Shown here one piece after another: positions 39,236 to 47,012 of a stretch of 64,000 nt of DNA. The notes beneath the pieces are model-generated. The model was not told where the DNA came from and made no database searches. It saw only the letters and a list, made by a program, of their open reading frames with translations. Positions within the stretch are counted from its first letter, which is position 1; each line of letters starts with the position of its first letter. A program made the translations under genes and the position numbers. The DNA is from Actinomycetes bacterium. GTDB lineage: Bacteria; Actinomycetota; UBA4738; HRBIN12. The stretch covers positions 10,700 to 74,699 of the forward strand of contig JAJNBA010000001.1 in assembly GCA_021155985.1 (NCBI GenBank). The letters are read 5' to 3'.

Positions 39236-40216
39236 GTGGAGATCATCACCAAGAAGCGGATGATGCTGTTCTCCGGAACGATCCATCCGGCGCTGGGGAC
39301 TGAGATCGCCGAGTGCCTCGGCATCCCGGTGAGTCACAGCGAGCTTCGGCGCTTCGCGTCGGGGGAGATCTACTTCCGTGCCGAGGAGAGCGTGCGGGGG
39401 GCCGACGTGTTCGTGGTGCAGTCGCACTACGAGCCGGTGAACGAAGCACTGATGGAGCAGCTGATCATGATCGACGCCATGAAGCGGGCGTCGGCGAAGC
39501 GGATCAACGCCGTGATCCCGTTCTACGGCTATTCCCGCCAGGACCACAAGGCGCTGTCCCGCGAGCCGATCAGCGCGAAGCTCGTCGCCGATCTCCTGTC
39601 CACCGCGGGCGCCGACCGGGTGATCTCGGTCGACCTGCACTCGGGGCAGATCCAGGGCTACTTCGACTTCCCGTTCGACCACCTCACGGCGCTGCCGATC
39701 CTGTCGGACTACTTCAAGGACGAGCTGGCGCTGCACGGCGACAACCTGGTCGTGGTGGCACCCGACGCCGGGCGGATCAAGACCTCGGAGAAGCTCCGCG
39801 AGTATCTCCATGCGGACCTCGCGTTCCTCTACAAGCGTCGCTCTCGCACGGAGGCCCACAAGATCGAGGAGATGGCGGTCGTCGGTGAGGTCGAGGGCAG
39901 GCCGTGCGTGATCGTCGACGACATGATCGACACCGCGGCCACGATCTCGAAAGGTGTCCAGGTCCTCGCCGAGATCGGCGCCGGCCCGATCTTCGTGGGA
40001 GCGACGCACGGCCTGTTCAGCGGCAAGGCGCGTCAGCTACTGGAGGAGGCGCCGATCGAGCAGGTCGTCGTGACGAACACGGTGCCCATCCCCGAGGAGC
40101 GCACGTTCGCCAAGCTGAAGGTCCTCTCGATCGCGCCCTTGATCGCGAACGGCCTCCGAGCGGTCTTCGAGGACGCCTCGGTCTCGGAGATCTTCGGCGG
40201 CGACAACCAGGTCTAG
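39236..40216 (+). CDS. prs: ribose-phosphate pyrophosphokinase
   Basis: Motifs FSGTIHPALG, RFASGEIY, YSRQD, VIVDDMIDTAATI. Confidence 0.95.
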   Translation: MEIITKKRMMLFSGTIHPALGTEIAECLGIPVSHSELRRFASGEIYFRAEESVRGADVFVVQSHYEPVNEALMEQLIMIDAMKRASAKRINAVIPFYGYSRQDHKALSREPISAKLVADLLSTAGADRVISVDLHSGQIQGYFDFPFDHLTALPILSDYFKDELALHGDNLVVVAPDAGRIKTSEKLREYLHADLAFLYKRRSRTEAHKIEEMAVVGEVEGRPCVIVDDMIDTAATISKGVQVLAEIGAGPIFVGATHGLFSGKARQLLEEAPIEQVVVTNTVPIPEERTFAKLKVLSIAPLIANGLRAVFEDASVSEIFGGDNQV

Positions 40217-41139
40217 CCGACCGGGAGCTCGAGGCGCCGCAGCTCCTCTTCGGTGAGGGGGGTGAACAGCCAGTCGCGGAACGCCGGGTGCGGCACGATG
40301 CGATCGATCCGCGCGAGCCGAGTGTCGGTGACGAGGTACTTGTGGAGCCTCGCACCGGCGAGCAGCCCATCGAGGGCCGCCCCGTCGGCGACACCGTGGA
40401 GCACCTCGGACAGGATGTGTGGGCGGCAGGTCCTCAGGAACGTCTGGCCGAAGCGGAAGACCGCGTCCTCCGTTCCCTCCACGTCGACCTTCATCACGAC
40501 GCGGGCCGCCTCGGGGATCAGGGCGGCGACGGAGTCCAGCGATCGGAAGTCGACTTCCTTGCCGCCGTCGAACCGCATCCTCGACGAGTAGAAGGAGGGG
40601 AGCGCCGAGCCCCCTTCGCCCGACGGGACGCGCATCGTCTTGTTGGGATCGCCGATCCCTTCCCGATGGACCGCGACGCGGTCTTCCACGCCGTTCCGGC
40701 TCGCGTTCGCCTCCAACGCATCGGCCACAGCCGGGACGATCTCGAACGCGTGGACGTCGACGTTCGGCGCGTAGGCCGTCACCGCCATCGTGAACAGGCC
40801 CGTGTACGCGCCCACGTCGAGGAACGTGTCGGATCCTCGAGCGAGCGCGGCCACCGTGTCCAGCGCCAGGCGATCCTGGGCGTTCGGCCGGCGGCCGCGG
40901 CCCCAGAAGAGCTCCTTCGCGTTCTCGCAGCGCGCAGGGTCGAGCATCACGAACGGCACGCCCCCCACGCGACCACTCACTTCCTCGAGCCGGGCGGGCG
41001 CAGGAAGCCGACCCCCGCGGAGCGACGGTGCCGCCTTCGAAGCGAGCCGCAGGAACGCGTTCGGCACACGGAGGGCGAGGAAGCGCTTGACGAACCGCGT
41101 CAGGCCGAACCAACTCTGTCGGCGGGCGTGATCGTCCAC
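40213..41139 (-). CDS. FkbM family methyltransferase
   Basis: SAM-binding block FLDVGAYTGLF plus FkbM-type C-terminal region (VMKVDVEGTE). Its stop overlaps the prs stop within the palindrome CTAG. Confidence 0.7.
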   Translation of the reverse strand: MDDHARRQSWFGLTRFVKRFLALRVPNAFLRLASKAAPSLRGGRLPAPARLEEVSGRVGGVPFVMLDPARCENAKELFWGRGRRPNAQDRLALDTVAALARGSDTFLDVGAYTGLFTMAVTAYAPNVDVHAFEIVPAVADALEANASRNGVEDRVAVHREGIGDPNKTMRVPSGEGGSALPSFYSSRMRFDGGKEVDFRSLDSVAALIPEAARVVMKVDVEGTEDAVFRFGQTFLRTCRPHILSEVLHGVADGAALDGLLAGARLHKYLVTDTRLARIDRIVPHPAFRDWLFTPLTEEELRRLELPVG

Positions 41140-41171
41140 ACCGCCATCCTGCCAAACCGTGTGCGAGTCGG

Positions 41172-43169
41172 TCAGTCCAGGCAGTACGTCGTGACGCGCG
41201 CGATCGCGGGGTCTGCTTCGTGTCCGAGCAGTCCGGCTTGATGTGCGAACGCGTTCGCCTCATCCTCCGTTTCGAAGTACACGCCGATGCCCTGCTCCGC
41301 GTCCGTCCCTAGGGCTTCAGCAGCGCCTTCATCGCACGCAAGGTCGCCCGGGGATGCCTCGATACCGAACTCCTGGAGGAGCGAGGCGCTCACGTCGTCC
41401 GCCTCACGGGATCCGGGGGCGCCGACCCACGGGTACACGGCCCAGTAGGTGCCGCCGTGAACAGGGTTGACCGGCGTCGGAGCCTCAGGCTCGGCCGTTC
41501 CCGTTCCCCAGGCCATCCCCTCATCGGCAACGACGTTTCCCGCGGCGTCGACGTACTCGATCGTCCCGTAACCGCTTGTCGGCAGCAGCTGAACACAGAC
41601 CTTGACGTCCGGACCGGTCCAGCCAGACGGTCCCATCTCGCACAGGAAGTCCGTCGGGACGATTGCGTCGTCGTCGCTCACGAACCGGATCTCGACGACC
41701 TCGATCGGGACGGAGCCCGCACGGAGGAAGAACGTGCCAGACCAGCTCTCGAGATGCGGGGGGTACCCGCTCGCCAACGTGCTGTTCACTGGCTCGGGGC
41801 ACGTCTGCCCGAACACATCACCATCGATCAGGGGCTCGATGCAGGCGCTCTGATCGTCGAACCGGCCCGTGAACGCGACGCGCCATGTCGCTCCCTCGTA
41901 CACCCCCGACAGCTCGACGACCTCTTCCCTCGGCTCCCCGACGGGAGGTGCCGACGGGGTGGTCTCGGCGTCGACACCGAGGACGGCGACATCGCCGACG
42001 AGCTCCCCGTTCGGACCCGGAGGGTCGATGAAGAAGAGATCCAGGTCGAACGCGTCGATGGTCGGTGGCACCGGGACGATCGTGCCGGGGATGGGAGAGC
42101 CACCCAGCGCGACGAACGTCTCGGTCCCCTCCTGGGCCAGGAACTCGACGCCGGTGGCCCCCTCGACCACGGCGCCGAAGATCGGATCGGCGCCACTCCA
42201 CGCCACGGGCGCGGCGGACTCGTCGACCACGAGAACCTGGGGCGCCGGGCCGTCCTCGAGCGAGAGCCGGAGGGAATCCCCTTGGTATCGGAGCTCGAGG
42301 CGCCACTCGTCGCCGGGGCCGTATGCGCCTCCCGCGATCACGTAGGCAGGCGTCGTCTCGTTCGGTGGCGACGGCTCCCAGTCGGGGATCGCCGACATCA
42401 TCTCGTAGGAGGTCTCGACGATCTCCCGGTCCTCGGCGCTGACTCCGGTTCCGACGCCGATCCAGGTGAAGAAGGGCTCACCGTTGACCGTGAAGTGGGC
42501 GTATCGGCCGGGTCCGCACGGCCCGTCACCGACGGGGGGGATTCCGGGCTCACCTGGTGGGAACGGGTCGAGCCCGGCGCCACCGTCGGCGATCGACCGC
42601 TCGTAGTCCATCGCGACGTAGAGGACGGCGGCGTCGGGGCTGAGCCCGCCCTCGCATGCGTTCGCGCCCAAGCCCAGGTCGACGTTCGAGAGCTGGAGCA
42701 TCGGCAGGCCGTACGGCACCGGGATCGGAGACGACGTCTCCGCCCCCGGGGTGTCCTCGCACTCCTGGACCGTGCCACCCGGGACCGCGACGCAGGCCGA
42801 GGATGACCCGCCGCTTCCCTCGACGGCGATCAGCATCGACAACGGCCATCGGTTCACCAGATACCAGTCCGAGGGACTGCCCACGGTGAACGCTTCGACC
42901 GTGACGGTGCGTCGGAAGACCTCGGAGCCGCCGCCGATGTCCCGGTCACTCCCACCTTCGCCCAGGATGCGAGTGAGCCCGGCCACCGAGCCGACGATCA
43001 GGGCGACGACGACGGCCGCGGAGCCGAGGACCGTCCCCACCTGGTGGAGACGGCCGCGGCGCAGCACCTGCTTCGGCGCGGAGGCAGGGAGGCTCGGCCT
43101 GGCGAGCGGCGCCTCGCCCGCTTTCTCGCGGAACAGGTCCCGGAGCTCGTTCTCGAAGTCCGTGCTCAT
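41172..43169 (-). CDS. sigma-factor-coupled single-pass membrane protein (putative anti-sigma/sensor) with a ~590-aa extracytoplasmic domain of unknown fold
   Basis: ATGA overlap with the ECF sigma gene. ~45-aa cytoplasmic N-terminus (ELRDLFREKAGEAP...VLRRGRL), one TM (VLGSAAVVVALIVGSVAGL), then Cys-containing acidic sequence with no motif I recognise. Confidence 0.5.
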   Translation of the reverse strand: MSTDFENELRDLFREKAGEAPLARPSLPASAPKQVLRRGRLHQVGTVLGSAAVVVALIVGSVAGLTRILGEGGSDRDIGGGSEVFRRTVTVEAFTVGSPSDWYLVNRWPLSMLIAVEGSGGSSSACVAVPGGTVQECEDTPGAETSSPIPVPYGLPMLQLSNVDLGLGANACEGGLSPDAAVLYVAMDYERSIADGGAGLDPFPPGEPGIPPVGDGPCGPGRYAHFTVNGEPFFTWIGVGTGVSAEDREIVETSYEMMSAIPDWEPSPPNETTPAYVIAGGAYGPGDEWRLELRYQGDSLRLSLEDGPAPQVLVVDESAAPVAWSGADPIFGAVVEGATGVEFLAQEGTETFVALGGSPIPGTIVPVPPTIDAFDLDLFFIDPPGPNGELVGDVAVLGVDAETTPSAPPVGEPREEVVELSGVYEGATWRVAFTGRFDDQSACIEPLIDGDVFGQTCPEPVNSTLASGYPPHLESWSGTFFLRAGSVPIEVVEIRFVSDDDAIVPTDFLCEMGPSGWTGPDVKVCVQLLPTSGYGTIEYVDAAGNVVADEGMAWGTGTAEPEAPTPVNPVHGGTYWAVYPWVGAPGSREADDVSASLLQEFGIEASPGDLACDEGAAEALGTDAEQGIGVYFETEDEANAFAHQAGLLGHEADPAIARVTTYCLD

Positions 43170-43705
43170 CCGTCCTCACCTCTGATCCCTTCGCGGAGCG
43201 CCGACGAGGCGCGCGCGGTCAACGACTTCACCGCGGCGACCGAGCACCGCAGGGCATCGGCCGTCTCCCGCTCCGACAGGTCTTCGTAATAGCGGAGCAC
43301 CAGCACCGCTCGCTGGCGCGACGGCAACGTCTGGAGCCGGCGCCACATGTCCTCACGCGCGGCAACGTCAGGCACGCCCGACATCGACGTCCGCTCGACG
43401 CGGCCGGCCTCCTTCGACAGGAACTCGCGTTCGACGCGGACGCGGCGCAGCCTCGACGTGTGGAGGTTCACGATCGTGCGCCGCAGGTACGCGTCGAACG
43501 CCTCGTGCGCGCGCAGGTGACCGAAGCGCCCCACGCAACGGACGAACGCGTCGTGGACGAGGTCCTCCGCGTGGGAGCGATCACCGGTCAGGAGGAAGGC
43601 GAGCCGGTTCGCCGAGGGGACGTGCCGGACGTACAGATCCGCCAGCTCGCCCTTCGGCTCGGTCACCGCCGTTCCTTCCTGCACCCCCACGAGGATCCGC
43701 GTCAT
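43166..43705 (-). CDS. ECF (group 4) sigma-70 family RNA polymerase sigma factor
   Basis: Region 2 (EDLVHDAFVR, YLRRTIVN) and region 4 (LPSRQRAVLVLRYYEDLSERETADAL). Start ATG 43705 or GTG 43720. Confidence 0.85.
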   Translation of the reverse strand: MTRILVGVQEGTAVTEPKGELADLYVRHVPSANRLAFLLTGDRSHAEDLVHDAFVRCVGRFGHLRAHEAFDAYLRRTIVNLHTSRLRRVRVEREFLSKEAGRVERTSMSGVPDVAAREDMWRRLQTLPSRQRAVLVLRYYEDLSERETADALRCSVAAVKSLTARASSALREGIRGEDG

Positions 43706-43751
43706 ACCTCCAAGACGCACGAGGCGCCCGGAAGGTATCGTCGGAACCCGG

Positions 43752-45104
43752 TCAGTCTCCGTCCGCGGTGACCGGCTGAGCGAAGATCGGACCCTCGCAG
43801 TCCTCGCGCATCGGCAGCTCGAACGGCTCTCGCGGCTCCTGATCGAAGTCGAACAGGTAACTCAGGTTGAACGCATCACGGTCCCGATGGGTGAGCTGAG
43901 ACAGCCCCCAGTTGTCCTCGATGAAGCGGAGCACGCTCGAGAACTCGCCCAGCTGCGAGTCGATGTAGCCGGGCTTGGTGTAGGGGCTGATCGTGAGCAG
44001 CGGAACACGGAAACCGAATCCGAAGTCGTCGACCTGCGGCGGCGGCACGTGATCGTAGAACCCGCCGTAGTCGTCCCACGTGATGAAGATCGCGGTGTCC
44101 TTCCAGAATGGACTCCGCATGATCGAGTTCACGATCTCGGTGGTCCAGTTCTCGCCGTGGCAGAAGCTCCACTCGGGGTGCTCGCTCACCTCGTACCGCG
44201 GCGTGACCCACGTGACCGGAGCGAGCCGGCCGTCCTCGACGTCGGCGACGAAGTTGTCGACGGGGAAGATGTGGCGCTGCCAGACCTCCGGATGCATCCG
44301 CACACGCCGGATCGCGGAGAACGCGGACCACACGTAGCCACGCTGGTCGTTCCACGCCGCGTAGTACCCCCATGGGATCCCGGCGCGATCCAGGAGATCC
44401 GCCTCCGTCTCGAAATCGAAGCACGGCGGCACCTTCTCGAGTTGCCCTTCGCTGTCGACCACCTCGACGAATGCTTCCTCCAGCGAGTCGCAGCCCCATG
44501 ATTTCGCGAGCCCGGTCTCCTGCGTGAAGATCGTGACCCTCGATTGCTCCTGGGCAGGGTTGAAGTGGGTGCCTCCTGATTGCGCGGCGATCGTGAAGAG
44601 GTGATTCGGGAACGACGGGCCTTGCGCCGACGCGAAGAAATTGTCCGAGAGCGCGAACTCCTCGGCCCAGCGCCAATAGTTGGGGAGGTCCTCGCGGCCC
44701 TGCATCTGGGTGTAGGCGTAGAGGTCGCCCTGCTCGACCCTGGCGAAGTTGTTCATCCGACCCTCGTTCCACGATTCGATCGCGCACTCGTAGCAGTGCG
44801 GGATGTCGTCGGGGATCCGGTCGAGCGGGGGCGTGAGGGGGCGCAACCGATCGCCATCGTAGCCCTCGGTGACGCCGTTCACGCCCGGGAACCGGCCGAA
44901 CAGGTGATCCGTCGTGCGGTTCTCCTTGATCACGAACACCACGTGCTTGATGGGCCATCGCGTGTCGAAGACCGAGGCGTCGGTGCGCTCCGGCCTCCCG
45001 GGCGGGAGAAGGTCCGGCGTGTCCCTCGCACGGGGCGAGTCCTGACAGGTGGCCGTGAGGAGCACGAGACCGAGAACCGCAGCCACGGCGCGAGCGAGTC
45101 GCAT
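43752..45104 (-). CDS. phosphoesterase-family protein (phospholipase C / acid phosphatase AcpA type), lipoprotein
   Basis: Lipobox LLTATC. Blocks IKHVVFVIKENRTTDH, GPSFPNH, ITWDDYGGFYDHV, GFRVPLL. ATG 45104 follows TAGCAT N6. Confidence 0.82.
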   Translation of the reverse strand: MRLARAVAAVLGLVLLTATCQDSPRARDTPDLLPPGRPERTDASVFDTRWPIKHVVFVIKENRTTDHLFGRFPGVNGVTEGYDGDRLRPLTPPLDRIPDDIPHCYECAIESWNEGRMNNFARVEQGDLYAYTQMQGREDLPNYWRWAEEFALSDNFFASAQGPSFPNHLFTIAAQSGGTHFNPAQEQSRVTIFTQETGLAKSWGCDSLEEAFVEVVDSEGQLEKVPPCFDFETEADLLDRAGIPWGYYAAWNDQRGYVWSAFSAIRRVRMHPEVWQRHIFPVDNFVADVEDGRLAPVTWVTPRYEVSEHPEWSFCHGENWTTEIVNSIMRSPFWKDTAIFITWDDYGGFYDHVPPPQVDDFGFGFRVPLLTISPYTKPGYIDSQLGEFSSVLRFIEDNWGLSQLTHRDRDAFNLSYLFDFDQEPREPFELPMREDCEGPIFAQPVTADGD

Positions 45105-45219
45105 CCGGCGATGCTATTGGACGGAACGCGTCGAGCGATCCTCGCGCGCCGATCAGCGCATCGCCGCTGGTACGATGACCGGCCGGATCGACCCCTCCGA
45201 GAAGGACCTCTGACCTGCC

Positions 45220-45969
45220 ATGGAAGCCACACTTCAGGCCGAACCCCGCTCCGAGACCGGGAAGGGGCCCGCGCATCGTCTCCGCGCAAGCGGCCGCGTC
45301 CCCGCGGTCCTGTACGGCGCCGGCGTCGAAGCCACTCCGATCCACGTGAGCGCCCTCGACCTCCTGCACGTCTTCCACGCGATGGGTCAGGCGAGCGTCC
45401 TCGTCGACCTGAAGCTCAACGGGAACGAGTACCTGACGATCGCCCGCGAGATCCAACGCGATCTGATCCACAACCGTTTCATCCACATCGATTTCATGGC
45501 GGTCAACCGCGACGAGAAGATCACCGTGAGCGTCGAGCTGCACGAGGTCGGCGATTCCGAGGGCGTGCACGCCGGCGGTGTGATCGAGCATCACCTCCGC
45601 GAAGTGGAGATCGAGTGCCTTCCGGCGAACGTGCCGCCGCGGGTTGAGTTCGACATCTCCAAGCTGAGGATCGGCGATTCCGTTCGGATCGGCGACCTCG
45701 TCCCCCCGGAAGGCGTCGAGTTCCTCACGGACCCCGACACGATGATCCTCGCCGTCGTCGAACCCGCGGTGATGGACACGGAACTCGACCTGGCGGTCGC
45801 CGGCGAAGAGGTTCCGGAAGAGGCTGCCGAGGCTGCCGAGGAGGCGGAAGGCGAAGAGGCCGCCGAAGGCGAGGAGGCACCTGAGGGCGAGGGCGGCGAG
45901 GGTGCCGAAGGGACCGCCGGGACCGAGGGCGGCGGCGAAGCGCCCACCGAGGGGGACGGCGAGAGCTAG
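45220..45969 (+). CDS. rplY: 50S ribosomal protein L25/Ctc with acidic low-complexity tail
   Basis: Blocks GKGPAHRLRASGRVPAVLYG and HIDFMAV. The C-terminal ~55 aa are Glu/Ala/Gly-rich. Confidence 0.9.
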   Translation: MEATLQAEPRSETGKGPAHRLRASGRVPAVLYGAGVEATPIHVSALDLLHVFHAMGQASVLVDLKLNGNEYLTIAREIQRDLIHNRFIHIDFMAVNRDEKITVSVELHEVGDSEGVHAGGVIEHHLREVEIECLPANVPPRVEFDISKLRIGDSVRIGDLVPPEGVEFLTDPDTMILAVVEPAVMDTELDLAVAGEEVPEEAAEAAEEAEGEEAAEGEEAPEGEGGEGAEGTAGTEGGGEAPTEGDGES

Positions 45970-45972
45970 CCG

Positions 45973-46554
45973 ATGGCCTGGCTCGTCGCCGGCCTCGGCA
46001 ACCCGGACGATCGCTATGCGCGGACGCGCCACAACCTCGGCCGCATGGTCGTCGACGAGCTGGCACGCGAGGAAGGCGAGCGGTTCCGGAAGGTGCGGTT
46101 CCTCCCCGTCGAGTCCGCGGAGATCCGTGTGTCGGACGGACGAGTCATCCTCGCGCGCTCCACGCGGTACATGAACGAGTCGGGGCCGTCCTACGCCTCG
46201 CTCGCCAAGAAGCAGGGGATCGAACCCGCCAAGGTGGTCGCCGTCCACGACGAGCTGGACATCCCCGCGGGCACGATCCGGATCAAGCAGGGGGGCGGCA
46301 ACAGCGGTCACAACGGCCTCCGTTCGCTCGACCAGGCCTTCCGCACACCCGACTACCTGCGCGTGCGCGTGGGGATCGGCCGCCCGCCGGGACGCCAGGA
46401 TCCATCGGACTTCGTGCTCCAGCCGGTCGGGGCACGGGAAGAGAGGGACCTCGCGCCGCTCGTGAGCCACGCCGCCGATGCCGTCCGCGCGCTGATCACG
46501 GACGGGCTGGAGCGCACCCAGGATCGATTCAACCGCTCCACCCCATCCCCCTGA
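45973..46554 (+). CDS. pth: peptidyl-tRNA hydrolase
   Basis: Blocks LVAGLGNPDDRYARTRHNLG and GGNSGHNGLRS. Lies 3 nt downstream of rplY. Confidence 0.95.
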   Translation: MAWLVAGLGNPDDRYARTRHNLGRMVVDELAREEGERFRKVRFLPVESAEIRVSDGRVILARSTRYMNESGPSYASLAKKQGIEPAKVVAVHDELDIPAGTIRIKQGGGNSGHNGLRSLDQAFRTPDYLRVRVGIGRPPGRQDPSDFVLQPVGAREERDLAPLVSHAADAVRALITDGLERTQDRFNRSTPSP

Positions 46555-46683
46555 GCCGAGGGGGCCTTCCCCCAGGCGGCTGACACCGGCTCGGGAGGAC
46601 TACCCCCCCTCCCCTTCGGTGCGATAGGGGTTGGGCCATCGGCCTATCCGCATCACCCGCGTTGGGGGCCCATCCCCGACGAA

Positions 46684-46781
46684 GGTCGAGGGTGCCCGGC
46701 CGATGGAAACTCGGGACCGTAGCCCGATGACCCGACCCCCGTGCGCCGGTCATCCTCGACCTCGATAGACAAGGAGGTCGA
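46684..46781 (+). promoter_or_regulatory. candidate cis-regulatory RNA (nested helices with alternative pairing to the micro-ORF SD), class unknown
   Basis: GGTCGAGG (46684-91) pairs with CCTCGACC (46754-61), enclosing GATGACC (46726-32) / GGTCATC (46748-54). TCGACC (46756-61) can instead pair with GGTCGA (46776-81), which overlaps the SD AAGGAGG (46771-77). Confidence 0.3.
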
Positions 46782-46785
46782 CGAG

Positions 46786-46842
46786 ATGTGTACCGCTACG
46801 GTTCCCCAGGTCTCCGTCGACGTTCGCTGGAAGCCCTGCTGA
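46786..46842 (+). CDS. micro-ORF 1, 18 codons (MCTATVPQVSVDVRWKPC), possible leader peptide
   Basis: Canonical AAGGAGG SD 8 nt upstream of the ATG. TGA stop. Below the ORF-track length cutoff. GC3 ~78% by hand count. Confidence 0.4.
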   Translation: MCTATVPQVSVDVRWKPC

Positions 46843-46869
46843 CGCAGGTCCGACCACGAAGGAGAGAGC

Positions 46870-46953
46870 ATGCGACTCCGCAAGATCGCGTACTCGCTCG
46901 CCTGGCTGGCCGCCCTCGCGATGGCGGTGGGTGCCGGCTGGCGTCCGCACTGA
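46870..46953 (+). CDS. micro-ORF 2, 27 codons (MRLRKIAYSLAWLAALAMAVGAGWRPH), small hydrophobic peptide or leader peptide
   Basis: GAAGGAGAG SD ~5 nt upstream of the ATG. Basic N-terminus plus one hydrophobic helix. GC3 ~89% by hand count, which is gene-like. TGA stop. Confidence 0.45.
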   Translation: MRLRKIAYSLAWLAALAMAVGAGWRPH

Positions 46954-46970
46954 GGTAGTACGGGTTCCTC

Positions 46971-47008
46971 GCTCCCGGTCCTGTCCGATCCCGGATACGA
47001 CCGGGAGC
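46971..47008 (+). promoter_or_regulatory. perfect 10-bp hairpin sequestering the SD of the downstream gene
   Basis: GCTCCCGGTC (46971-80) pairs with GACCGGGAGC (46999-47008). The 3' arm contains GGGAG, 5 nt before ATG 47013. The 18-nt loop holds an inner TCCG/CGGA helix. An alternative 6-bp pairing is TCCCGG (46989-94) / CCGGGA (47001-06). Confidence 0.5.
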
Positions 47009-47012
47009 TTCC

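Noticed and set aside
43876-46470. 864-aa minus-strand ORF spanning the PLC gene, rplY and pth
   Set aside because: It is out of frame with the PLC gene and antisense to two highly conserved translation genes. It has no recognisable motifs.
46593-46613. 6C-type sRNA (hairpin with a C-rich loop)
   Set aside because: Only one convincing C-loop hairpin is present, whereas the 6C motif needs two. It is treated as part of the unclassified leader.
46695-46740. Fluoride-riboswitch-like strings (GCCGATGG ... CCGATGACCC)
   Set aside because: The helix order and the pseudoknot pairing expected for the crcB motif cannot be built from this sequence.
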